DNA from: an uncultured Nitrososphaerota archaeon
GTDB lineage: Archaea; Thermoproteota; Nitrososphaeria; Nitrososphaerales; Gagatemarchaeaceae
Length of the DNA: 64,000 bases
Reading direction: 5' to 3'
Assembly: GCA_963718895.1 (NCBI GenBank)
Contig: CAVRAG010000004.1
Span: 1 to 64,000 of the forward strand
The notes under the pieces were generated by a model. The model was not told the origin of the DNA, ran no database searches, and was given only the letters and a program-made list of their open reading frames with translations. Each line of letters begins with the position of its first letter. Within the stretch, counting starts at the first letter, position 1. Of this stretch, positions 19,549 to 30,651 are shown piece by piece. Position numbers and translations under genes: made by a program.

Positions 19549-22500
19549 TTGACCGAGAGCAAGAACACGGCAGCCACATCCAAAGGCCCGCTGGCGGTCG
19601 ACGAATATCCAGGAGGACGTTCGTCCCGGGGGCATGCTCGCGCTGGGTGCAGTCGGTGCGGTTACTATGGTTGGCAGCACCACCCACCTTCCAGGGCAAG
19701 TGCTCAAGTTTCTCGGTCGGGCGAGGTTATTCCTCTCCTCCTCCTGTTCCGGCGTACCCGTCCGATCAGGGACACCCGGATCTATGATACCCCTGTGGAT
19801 TCTTCACGCCGCAGGACTCGAGCAGCGGCAAGGTCTTCACCCCGTCTTCGGGGACCTATGGGTTCTGTCAGAGCTTCACGATGCCATCCCCGGCGACGGC
19901 CATAAGCATCATGTTGTACGCTTCAGTAGTCGGGAAGACCCGGTCCCCTCGTCGTGACCATCAATGATTCCGGCTGGCAACTCTCTGGGCTCTGGGAGCA
20001 TCGCCGCCTCCTCGATCAGAGGGATAGGGTGGATTCCCCCCATCGTGATAAGCCTCACCAAATCTCTCAAGGCCGGGAGCGTCTACACGGCCTCTCTCTC
20101 CGCCCAGAACAGCAGCCCAGCCAACTGCTACAGCGTCTGGATCTTAACCACGCAGTTCCCAACTGGTGGGACGTCTAAACGCCGTCGCGAACGGCTATAG
20201 TATCGTCCAGTATTATCCGAAATAGGGAACACGGGGTCGTCACTCTTGAGGGTACTCGACCAGACCGGCTCGGAGGTTGTGACCCTGCCGTTCACATCCT
20301 GGAACATTGAGCCCTGGAAACACGCTTTCTGTTCACTGCCGACAGGGAGTTCTCCTTCAGGACCATCTCTCCGTGGCTTTCCGACATGCACCAGACGACT
20401 CCCGGCTATCATGGAAACTACACGGTTACCGATTCCTTACGACGGGGATGCTGATGGCTACCGCAACAGCGACCCAATTTGCGAATTCTCACGGGGAAAC
20501 AGGGATTGCTCCCATTCACGCTGGACAACGTGGTAACCACGGTCGCTCGGTCACAGATACAAGATAACCCTCAATGAGCCGTCGTATGCCTACTTCAGTC
20601 CTGTTCAGAGGAAACAATGTCAGCCAATCCCTGTCCTAGGATTCCAGGGCCAATGGGACAGTCGCAATGGTGTCAGCTCGTCAACACGCAGCTGGTCGTC
20701 GGACACGTCGACTACAACGGGCCATTTGGCGCAGGAGGCCAGTACGAGGTCAACTCAACTCAAGCAGCCAGCCGTTAGATTCTCACCAACCCAGAGCGCG
20801 ACGCTGACGGAGATCCAGTGGGAAGTCTGGAACAATTTTCCGACAGGGCAATTCTACCCCCGTCCGGGCAGCCACTCACGGTGTCAATCTACAGCGACAA
20901 CCCCTCTTACAGCGGCAATACGCTTCGCATCGCTCCCAACGTGCCCCTTGCTTCCCTCAGTGACCATCGACTCTGGCAGGATACCCCAGCAAGGCTACCT
21001 TGACGCGAAGGGTTTCAGTGTTCCCGTGGCGGCAGGCACGAACTACTGGGTCGTCCTATCCACCAGTTCGAAGACCCTGAGTGTTCCTCTGATGCGCATG
21101 GTGAGCCCTTTCAGATTCTACTGCCTCACGCGATCCGGCCCCGGTTGGACCGTGGACCTACTGTTCCGAAGGCCCCACGGACTGGGCTTTCAAGGTCTTC
21201 ACGACGGCTGAGGCTGTGAGGCGAACCCCGTCGTCCAAGGACTCGCACTGCCCGTGAGCCCGACCAACTACGTGGCACAGCCCTTCGTTGCGCCGTCAAC
21301 GGAACAGGTCAATTGTGTTTGGCTGTACGGCGTCTCCAGCAACACGACCGTCTCCATTCTGACGCCGACAACGGCTCTGGAGCTCCAAACATGAATCTAA
21401 GCTCATTGCGCAATGGGAACCTACGGAAGCCCATACGTCTTCTTCTATTCAGCGCATTATGTTGCCGTGAGTGGCTCGAATCCTGTTCTTCAGCAAGGAA
21501 CCAAGTACTGGGTGGTGGTTTCTTCTCCTCAGCGTGGGGAGCTCCTCGGAATCCATCCCTCTCAACTACTACTGGTTCAGATACGGGTCACAGGGCACAG
21601 ACCAGGGCACACCGAATGGGTTCGATACTCTGGTGTCCAGCGACTCCGGGGTAGCGCTTGGAGGCCTGCCGATCAAGGCCCGTGTGAAATCACCTTCCAG
21701 GTGGGTTACTCGACAGGGCGGACTGACTCGACGACTTCGAGCACGACGTCCATCATCACCAGCAAGCACGATTTCATCTTCTAGTCCGAGCTCGAACAAC
21801 CAGGGTCGCCGGCCGCGTCGAGAACCAAAAAAGATACGACCTCTAACCAATCGACATCGACGCAGACCGGGGCAGTCCCGGCGCATGCGCGTACAATCAA
21901 GTCCTCCTCGCCCATGGCATGAAGACGTGCGGGCTGGTCGCATTCGGAGCGCCTATTCAATCCGGCGTCTCGCCCTTCTCTTCGGTGCAAGCAGCAGTCA
22001 ACTACTACTGGTCGATCTGGGGGTTTTGGCGTTTACCCCTGTCAAGACGGCAGCAACGGCAGCACATCTGGACATGGCCGCCGCATGTCGCCCAGCGGGC
22101 AGTCGGTATGAGCAATGGTGCTTGGACCGTTGGACGGATGGGGGTACAACACAGGATTCATCTTCAACGCCGCGACACTCTATCCCAACGAGCAAGAGTA
22201 CTACTTTGCAAAGGGCACCTTAACGCCCGCCAGCTCATATGGCATGAGAGGGGTGGGTGATTCTATGCGCCCGAATACCTGCAACTCTGGGTAGATTTCT
22301 ACGGGAGGATTCACAGGGATGCCGGATTGAAGAATTTTGCGGGAATCGCAGGGTGGATCCAGTCTGACCATGGGGTGAACTATGGGGGCGCCCAAGGTGC
22401 AAACGGCGGGCACAACATGAACTCGTATGTCCGCTACGTGAACAGCCCGCTCGGTTTCTACAGATGACAACCGAGTACCGGAGCTAATCTTCGGACGGCA

Positions 22501-24000
22501 GCCCGTGCATGATCGCCCCTCACGGGACAAAATGCTAACTATGCAGGGCAAGAACACAGTTTCAGTCGATTTCAGCGGATTCCCGTAGCGGGAACCGGCA
22601 TAATCCGACCGCCCAGATGGCGACCGATGTTACCACCTATCATAGAGCTGGCGGACAGCCCTCCAGCTTTGACTCCTATATGGCGACGGCGAACGCGGCC
22701 ATCGAGGCGGCGTGTTTCGGAGCGTCCTGCAGAAGACGCCGTACGCGTTCGCGAGGACCGCGATCCCCAACTACGTCGCCAACATTCCGTCGTACATCAG
22801 TTCGGTCCTCGAGACGATGAATCAACGTGAAACGGCCTTTGCCGGGCTCCAGACGAGCGGAGGCAAACGGCTGTGCATCCCCACTTCAACTTCTGCAACC
22901 CCGGCGACAACAGTTCAATCCCTGGAAGAGCGGCACGGTTGGGGTCGCTACCCCATCGACCGTCCTGGGTTTCTGGAACAGGGTGGTCCCCTACTTCTCC
23001 TCCTATCCGTTAATGGAAGCAGATACCGCCGTCGCTCAGATTCAGACTCAGACAGCAAGTACCGCATGGGGTCACTTTGGCTCCCTGTACAGGACCATAC
23101 CCATAGGTAGCTGGTATGGTTACGACAGGACCAGATTCGACTCCTTACCATCCACCACTATTACAATAATCCAAATACGTATTCGGCGCTTGGGCTGGTT
23201 TGCCATCAGTGGGGCGTAGACTCCCAGCTTTCCCTGCAGACCCAGGCGCAGAATCTGACGGGGCTCACAAATCCGTCGCTCGGAAGCTTCAACGTTCTCT
23301 ACGGGGTGCCAGAGTCCGCCGCCGACCTTGACCTCGTCAGAGCTACGTCAGAAACGGCGGTAACCTATTCGTCTACAGCCGTTCAGGGGCGCCGAAAGAC
23401 TTGACAGGGGTGGGCACTACGGCCGTGCCGATACCCTATGGGCATCCAATCACCCAGCCCTACGCGAAGGCAGACCTGGACGCCGCGATGCCCGGCGGCT
23501 ACGGAGCGATAAACCAGTACGGCGCCGGAAAGGTCGTGACGCTCTCGTCTTCCTATTACGGCGAAGGAATCGGGTGTGACAACGAGAATGGTTCCGGAGG
23601 CTGTGATGGCCTTGCATCGGGTCTCGGGTATCTCACCCTGAACACCATTCTCTGGCTCGGGGGTTTCACGCCTCCTGCCATCTATCTTCCAAAATACGTT
23701 AGGAGGACCGCTTGGGCAACCGCTTTGAATGGCACCGGGGAGGGTGGTTCCTCTGGGATCGGCATTCACTTGAACTCCTCGACGACTAATCCTAGCCAAA
23801 AGAGGCTGATGATAAGCAACTCCACGACCAGTACGCCCCGGGTGCAGTTCGGCCTGTCCTCGAGCTTCTACGGCTCTCCCTTCACTTCCGCATGGACTAT
23901 GAAGGACTACAACTCTGGCCAGGTCATTCAGGGTGTGGGAGACCCATCCATAGATCAGAATCTGCCGGCCAACGACTGGATCGTGTATGTCTCGCAGTGA
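19549..24000 (+). CDS. Very large, probably Tat-exported protein, putatively carbohydrate-active (heavily frameshifted)
   Basis: SRRTFV..MLALGAVGAV twin-arginine signal at ~19608, repeated beta modules with AQPF/YWVVL motifs, C-terminal INQYGAGKVV segment. Contiguity as a single gene is inferred. Confidence 0.55.
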
Positions 24001-24139
24001 GGGTAGCCTCAGGATGCGCAAGTCGCACTTCGTGTCATCTCGTGCGCGACCCTCGTAGTCCCGTCAGTATGCGGACTCTGTAGGATGATTACGCGGAGAA
24101 GGCAGCCCTGAGCGCGCCCGGTCGAGGTCCAAGGCCTGA

Positions 24140-24994
24140 CTATTGCGGTTCAGAGGGTTGCGTCGCAATGATGTATCCTTTCTCCAACCAAGGATTTGCC
24201 GCATCCTTCTGGTAGTAGTACGCCAGGTCCTGGTGAATCACTCTTGCAACGAAGCCGGCCTTCTCCAGGCGGCGGACCAACGCTCCTGCTCCATAGTGAT
24301 ACTCGAGTATTATCTCCGAAAAGTGGTGAAGCGTTTCCGGCGAGGTGCCCATAAGCCCTTCGTACTCACAGCCCTCGCAATCCAGCTTCAGAACACCATC
24401 TTTGATCGAAAACCGGTCGACTAGCTCGCCAAGGGTTGTAATCCGTATCGGGGTTCCGTTGGGCACCTCTCTCAGGTCGCTCGGCAACGTTCCGGCTGAC
24501 GTCCAACCCAGTCACCGTGCCTTCTTTTCCCAAGCCCTCGTTCAACAGGACTATCCCGTCTCGAAATCCATTCGCCGTGGCATTCAACCTGGCAATCTCG
24601 CACGTCCTCGGGTAAGGCTCGACAGCTATGACCCTTCTGCCCTTGAGCGCGAAGTAGATTGCTGAGTCTCCAATATTCGCTCCGACATCCACAACATCCA
24701 GACCATTTATGTTCACCTGACCATAAGTCTTGGATGCGAAGGTCTCCCTTGTGACGTGAATGGCGTCCTTCCTCAGCTCCTTTCTGAAGTACAATCTAAT
24801 CTTCCTTTCCGAGAATTCAAATTCGAGGAATCCGAGTTCGCCGTCACCGCCTTCGGTGATAGGGAGTGATGGTTCGGGGCGCGGTTAGCAAGAAACGCTG
24901 GAGGTCCGATGTAGAGTTTGCGGCCCTTTGAAACCCTGTATACAAGACCTTGGAGTCTGTAGCCGATAAGCCATCTCGTCTTGGGAAGACGCAA
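24140..24994 (-). CDS. FkbM family methyltransferase (frameshifted)
   Basis: VVDVGANIGDSAIYFA, VIAVEP, LKLDCEGCEY, IILEYH. Confidence 0.88.
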
Positions 24995-25196
24995 CTGAAT
25001 AAGAAACCGGTTTGTATGTGATAAGCATTGTCGTTGCCCGCAGCGGGCTCAATCCTGCAAGCTCGGTGAATGGCTCCGGGCTTCACGCCATCGAAAGACA
25101 GTGTCCAAGGGTACCAAACAAGGTCGGAATGTGGGCGACCAAGTTCCACTCTGATCTTGGTCCCTTCTTGGAGCTGAAAAGTTTGTCCATTGTGGC

Positions 25197-28100
25197 TCAA
25201 CCAAAGGCGTAGAGTCCGCCCGACCCCCCCGTGCCGAAACACATAGGGACGAACACGAGCCCCTCTGCGGCAGTGATTCCTCCGCGACGCTGCCTGGAAC
25301 GGTCGTGTGGAACAGCTGACTTCCGGAACTCGTGGACAACGCGAATACATTCCCGCTCACATCTCCGAAGAGTACGGCGCGAGGGACAACCACGACTGAA
25401 CCCTGGACTGTGCCTGGCGTGTTGAACTGCCACTTGAGCGAGCCGTCGAGAGGAGTTACGGCCTTGACGACTCCGTAGTCGCCGCCAACTACCGTGTTGT
25501 ACGATGGGATGAAGAGCTCCGGGTTGTTTTGACTCAGGTAGATGAACCCAGCAAGGCCGATTATCCCACCGTCTGCGTTTCCAGTCCCTATCGGGAGCGT
25601 CTCCAGCAGGCTGCCGGTGACCCGGTCCAAGACGTAGTACTTGCCATCCTTGGCGCCGAGGCCGACCGCAGCGTGCGTCACTCCGTTTATCACGACCGAG
25701 AAGAGGTTCGGACTGGAGCCGAAGTCCAAATCCCCACCAGAGCTGAGAGAGCTGTACGCCTGATAATACCAGTTCAAGGTGCCTGTCTTTGCGTTCAGCG
25801 AGAGTATCGAGTAGGAGTAGAGCGAGTTTGTTCCCGGTCCGTAAGCGTTCGACGTCCCGAAGTAAATCGAGTCTAGGGACGGATCTATTGCGACCGAGCC
25901 CCAGACCCCGGCGCCCCCGGTATTGCCTATCGACGTCGTGAAGCTCCAGGCCACATGCCCCGTCGTGGCATTCACGGCGAATATCTTCCCGACCAAAGAC
26001 GTATCAGTTTCACTTCCGTTGGTAGCCACCCCGATGTAGACCATGCCATTGAATACTATGGGCGAAGCATAAGCGGCATACGCGCTCGTGTCGAGGGTTG
26101 TGCTCCAGATGGTGTGCCCATCCGTCTGCGAGAGCGCGTACAAATCGGCCAGGCCGCCGGGCGGTCCAACGCCATCACTGACGTAGACCATGCCGTTCGC
26201 CAGCAGGAGCGTCGAGGTGATCGGGACGTTGCCTAGGTTGACTTCCCAGTTCACATGTCCTGTGGATACAGAAGCCGAATAGACATTACCTCCCCAGTCT
26301 GCAAAATAGACGTTCCCATTCAGGACTACCGGCGTCGAGGTGATAGAGTCTTGAGTCGGAATCACCCACTTCTGTGAAACTGTCCGACGTTGGCCGAGGT
26401 GATCGTCGAACTCGCCTGGTATCTGGAGTTGGAAGTGTCAAAGGTTAACGACGTCCAATCGCCTCCTCCGGAGGCTGTGACGGTGACAGCTGATGTGCCC
26501 GAGCTCGTCGAGTGATCGAAGTCACCTGAGTAAGTTGCTGTTATCGTCGGGGAACCTGTAGTCGAAGGCGCTGTGTATGCTATCGAACACGCAGCGGAGG
26601 ATGGGCCTGACGGAATCAGGGTGCATTGAGGCAGTATGCCAAAGTTTCCACCGGCCCCACCATCGATCCAGCTCACCAGGCCTGTGGGTGTGCTCGGGGA
26701 ACTGCTCGTATCCTTGACGGTGGCTGTGAATGTGTTTATGCTCGATATTGAGACCGTGGCCGGATTGGGTGCGACCTTTGTGGAGGTCGGATTCGAAGCA
26801 GAAGCGCTGGCTTCTATCGCATCGGCGATCACTCCGAAAGCCGCTCCTTGCGACGTCCCGAATGCAAGAGTCGCTGAAGATATTGGGTTCGAAAGACGTT
26901 CGTATTGCGCGTAGGTATTCTGGCCAGCGGGGCTGTACTGGATCAGCGTGAATCCTGCACCGGGTGTTTGACTTGTGTAGCCCGTGTCCCCACCGAACTG
27001 GAAGACGAAGTCGTCTGGGTCGGTCGTAGACACACCCATGTTGCAGGGGTCGGAGCCAGGGCAGTTGAGGTTTGCCTGACTCCTAGGTATTGAAGGGTTC
27101 GGATCAAACGGAGCCTGGGTATTCGCCCCGGACACGCCGAACGCTATCACGCCGTACCACGTCTCGCCGGTCAGGGGTGTCTTGACGGAGATGACATCAG
27201 AGCTCAGAGGGGTTGATGCGACTGCGTACCAGGTCTGAATGAATGATTCCCGCCTATGTTCATCTGGCTTGTCCTGGCAGGAAAGTAACCCGGCCGTGTC
27301 GGTGACCGAGAAGGACCCGCCGACGGGCCAGCAGTTGCACCCGACCACGATCACGTCGGAGGGGTTCACCGTGCTAAGTGTCACGGAGCAGGAGGAGCAG
27401 TAGCCGCACCCGTTCTTGGCGCTACCGTCGAGCGAAGGGGGATTCGCGGACATCGTCGTGCTTGTGTAGAAGTCGTCGGTGGAGTACGTGGAAGTCGTGG
27501 TGCTTGACGAGCTGGGCTGTATCGCGTCAGCGATGACTCCAAAGTCCGATCCTGGGGAAGTTCCGTAACCAGAGTTGCTGGAGAGCGAGATCTGTAGGCG
27601 ATTAGTGCAGCGCGTATGCCGTCTGGCCAGCCAGTTTGGACTGGATTAGCGTCACTCCGGTTCCCGGCGTCTGTGTTATGTAACCGGTGTCCCCGCCGAA
27701 CTGGAACACGAAGTCGTTCGATGGTCGTCGATACGCCGGTATTGCACGGGTAGAGAGGGCATGTTATGTTCGCCTGGGCCTTCGGCAGGAGGGGGTTGGG
27801 GTCGAACGGGCTTGCTTGTTTGCCCCGGACACTCCGAACGCTATCACGCCGTACCACGTTTCGCCGGTCAGAGGCGTCTTGACGGAGATGACGTCGCGGA
27901 AGAGAGTGGGCTGGAAGCGATCTCGCATACCACGTCTGTATGAACTGACCCCCACCAATGGCTATCGGAGCGGTCCTCGGCAGGAACGTCAACCCGGCCG
28001 TGTCGGTCACGGAGAAGGACCCGCCGATGGTCGTAGTAGTTGCACCCGACCACGATCACGTCGGATGGGTTCACCGTGCTAAGTGTCACGGAGCAGGAGG

Positions 28101-28937
28101 AGACGTAGCCGCACCCGTTCTTGGCGCTACCGTCGAGAGAAGGGGGGCTTCCGGAGATTGTCGTTGTAGAAGTCGTCGTCGAACTCGTAGTGCTCGACGA
28201 GCTCGGTTGTATCGTGTCAACTATCACTCCAAAATCGAAACCTTGGGCTGCTCCGAACGAGAGTGTCGCCGTAGACAACGGATTGGCCGCTATCTGGTAT
28301 TGTGCATAGGCTATTCTGTCCAAAAACACTTCGTACTGGATCAGAGTCATGCCGGCTCCTGCCGTCTGTGTGATGTAACCCGTGTCCCCGCCGAACTGGA
28401 AGACGAAGTCGTTCGCATTGCTCGTCGATACGCCGGTGTTGCACGGGGCAGAAAAGCCAGGGCAGTTGATGTTCGCTTGGGCCTTTGGCAGGAGGGGATT
28501 GGGGTCGAACGGGCTTGCCGTGTTCGCCCCGGACACTCCGAACGCTATCACGCCGTACCACGTCTCGCCTGTAAGCGGTGTCCTGACCGAGATACTGTCA
28601 CTGCTCAAAGGTGTTGTCGATATGGCGTACCAGGTCTGAATGAACTGGCCTCCGCCTATGGCGAGCGGAGCGGTCCTCGGCAGGAAACGTCAACCCGGCC
28701 GTGTCGGTCACGGAGAAGGACCCGCCGACGGGCCAGCAGTTGCACCCGACCACGATCACGTCGGATGGGTTCACCGTGCTAAGTGTCACGGAGCAGGAGG
28801 AGACGTAGCCGCACCCGGTTCTTGGCGCTACCGTCGAGAGAAGGAGGAGTAGTAGCTTGAGCAATCACGGTAGCGGTCGCGAGGACTCCGAAGCTAATCA
28901 GGAGCACAAGGGCGGCGCAAGCTACGCTACGTCGCAT
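25197..28937 (-). CDS. Large secreted protein: three repeat domains, Ig-like domain, PQQ-binding-like beta-propeller (frameshifted)
   Basis: Signal peptide from ATG 28937; repeats H, G, F; Ig-like TFTATV...ITATYSGD; propeller blades STPVVLNGNVYFADWGGNVY, GAGVWGS, DLDFGSSP. Confidence 0.8.
26816..27433 (-). repeat. Repeat domain, copy F
   Basis: N-terminal part of ORF 26362..27453. Confidence 0.9.
27520..28137 (-). repeat. Repeat domain, copy G
   Basis: Fragments in ORFs 27868..28608, 27381..28010 and 27764..27958. Confidence 0.85.
28210..28838 (-). repeat. Repeat domain, copy H
   Basis: ORFs 28598..28864 and 27868..28608. Confidence 0.85.
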
Positions 28938-29201
28938 CGCCTTACCTTTGAGAACGATTGTTATTAAAACCTACGTCATTGAAACATGAGTGGAATGGTC
29001 ATTTTCATGCAAAAAATTGGGTAATCACATCCCTCTATCACCGCAAGATGGAGGGCACCTGTGCAGAAGACTGGCATATGGTCGGTGGACTCGATTACGA
29101 GTTCCTTCGTCGTGGGCAGATACCTTCTGGTTTATCAAAGAGCACCCTATCCGCTTGTGCCGCATGTACCGGGACCATGAGTCGCGAAGCTTGCTGAGTG
29201 A

Positions 29202-30341
29202 ATGGGTATGAAGGTAAGCATGTTCGTAGACAAACCGCTCCCAGACGAGCGACCTACCGGCATCGGAGTTGCCGCTTTCAACATGGCCCTGGCATTGTCG
29301 AAACAGAACACCACTATCAGATACATCTGCAGAGGGCGCACAGACAGGACTTTCGTGTGGAACAATCAACTGACCGTACAGACGATCGTCAACTACTCGC
29401 GGGACAACCTTCGCGCCGCGAGCAATCTGCTCTCGAGTGAAAGAATCGACGTAGTACACGTTCATTCCAGCGCTGCGCTTCCATCTCTACTCCTCGCAAA
29501 GACCCTCGGGAAAGCCGTGGTGATGCATTCGCACGGAGATGAGCCTCTTCATCCCATCAGACCCGCCCTAATGCGCAAAATCGGGATGAATCTGAGCAAC
29601 AGGATCATCGCTGCGAGCAAAAGCAACAGAGACGAACTAATCAGGAACCAGCGCTTGTCGCCGGAGAAGGTCTCTGTCGTGTACAACGGGGTGAGCGTAG
29701 AGGATTTCAAACCATCCAGTGAGTCTTCTCACGTCCTGTCAAAGTATGGGATTGAGGATGGAGGGAGGGTCCTCCTCTCGATCGGCACAGTTCAGGAGAG
29801 AAAAGGACAGTGGAAGGTCATTCAGTGCCTGCCTGGCATACTGCGAAGATGGCCGAACCTGACCTACGTCAATGTGGGTCGCGCCTATGATTCGTCCTAC
29901 CAGGAACGTCTCCTCGAAGAAGCAAGGCGATTGGGTCTCTCAGAGAGAGTTAGGTTGCTGACCGAGGTGTCACAAGAGGACCTGGTCTCGTTGATCAACT
30001 CGGCCAGCGTCTGCGTCCACGCATCCGTGCGAGAGGGTTTCGGGCTTGCCGTTGTGGAAGAGATGGCATGCGGCAAGCCTGTGGTGACGTTCGATATCCC
30101 TGCGATGGCGGAGATAATTGACAGTGGGGTGGACGGACTGCGGGTCCAACCCAACAGCAGAGAAGACCTTACTCAATCTATCTTGAAGTTATTGGCAGAT
30201 TCCAGAAACATCCAAGAGACTCGGGGATACCGCGAGAGTAAAAGTCATTGCGAAATTCACCTGGGACAGGGCAGCGACCAGCCTCGAGACCTTGTATCGA
30301 CAACTTCTTTCCTAGCTCGGATGCTAGGGGAGGAGCGGTGA
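29202..30341 (+). CDS. GT4 glycosyltransferase
   Basis: DVVHVH, VVYNGV, IGTVQERKG, EGFGLAVVEEMACGKPVV. Confidence 0.93.
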   Translation: MGMKVSMFVDKPLPDERPTGIGVAAFNMALALSKQNTTIRYICRGRTDRTFVWNNQLTVQTIVNYSRDNLRAASNLLSSERIDVVHVHSSAALPSLLLAKTLGKAVVMHSHGDEPLHPIRPALMRKIGMNLSNRIIAASKSNRDELIRNQRLSPEKVSVVYNGVSVEDFKPSSESSHVLSKYGIEDGGRVLLSIGTVQERKGQWKVIQCLPGILRRWPNLTYVNVGRAYDSSYQERLLEEARRLGLSERVRLLTEVSQEDLVSLINSASVCVHASVREGFGLAVVEEMACGKPVVTFDIPAMAEIIDSGVDGLRVQPNSREDLTQSILKLLADSRNIQETRGYRESKSHCEIHLGQGSDQPRDLVSTTSFLARMLGEER

Positions 30342-30651
30342 CTCGACTTCGGTAGAGGGTCGAACATTGAAGACGATCAGTCCTGACCAGCTGGTGCGCA
30401 CGTCTAGCTTGCAGTTCGCGGAAGTACATAGAGGCACGCTCTACACCGGCTCTTGGGAGCGATTGGAATCAGAGTGAGAGTAGCCAGTAGTCATCCGCAC
30501 GGACTGCGAGAGAGTTCGGGACGTTCCGCGACGACAATCCCCTCAAAAGTACAAGGGCTCCACGAGTTAGCCGCGCTGTGAGAATCAAGAATCTCGCAGA
30601 CAGGCGAAATCCCTAAAGCGCTCTTATAGTGCTCAGACCCGGCCAGCAAAC

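Noticed and set aside
28020-28045. DGR-like adenine-specific differences between repeat copies G and H (AACTACTACGACCATC vs AACTGCTGGCCCGTC on the coding strand)
   Set aside because: Only one short patch, and it includes an indel. There is no reverse transcriptase or separate template repeat in the window, and similar G-to-A errors occur elsewhere (TGG to TAG near 18769).
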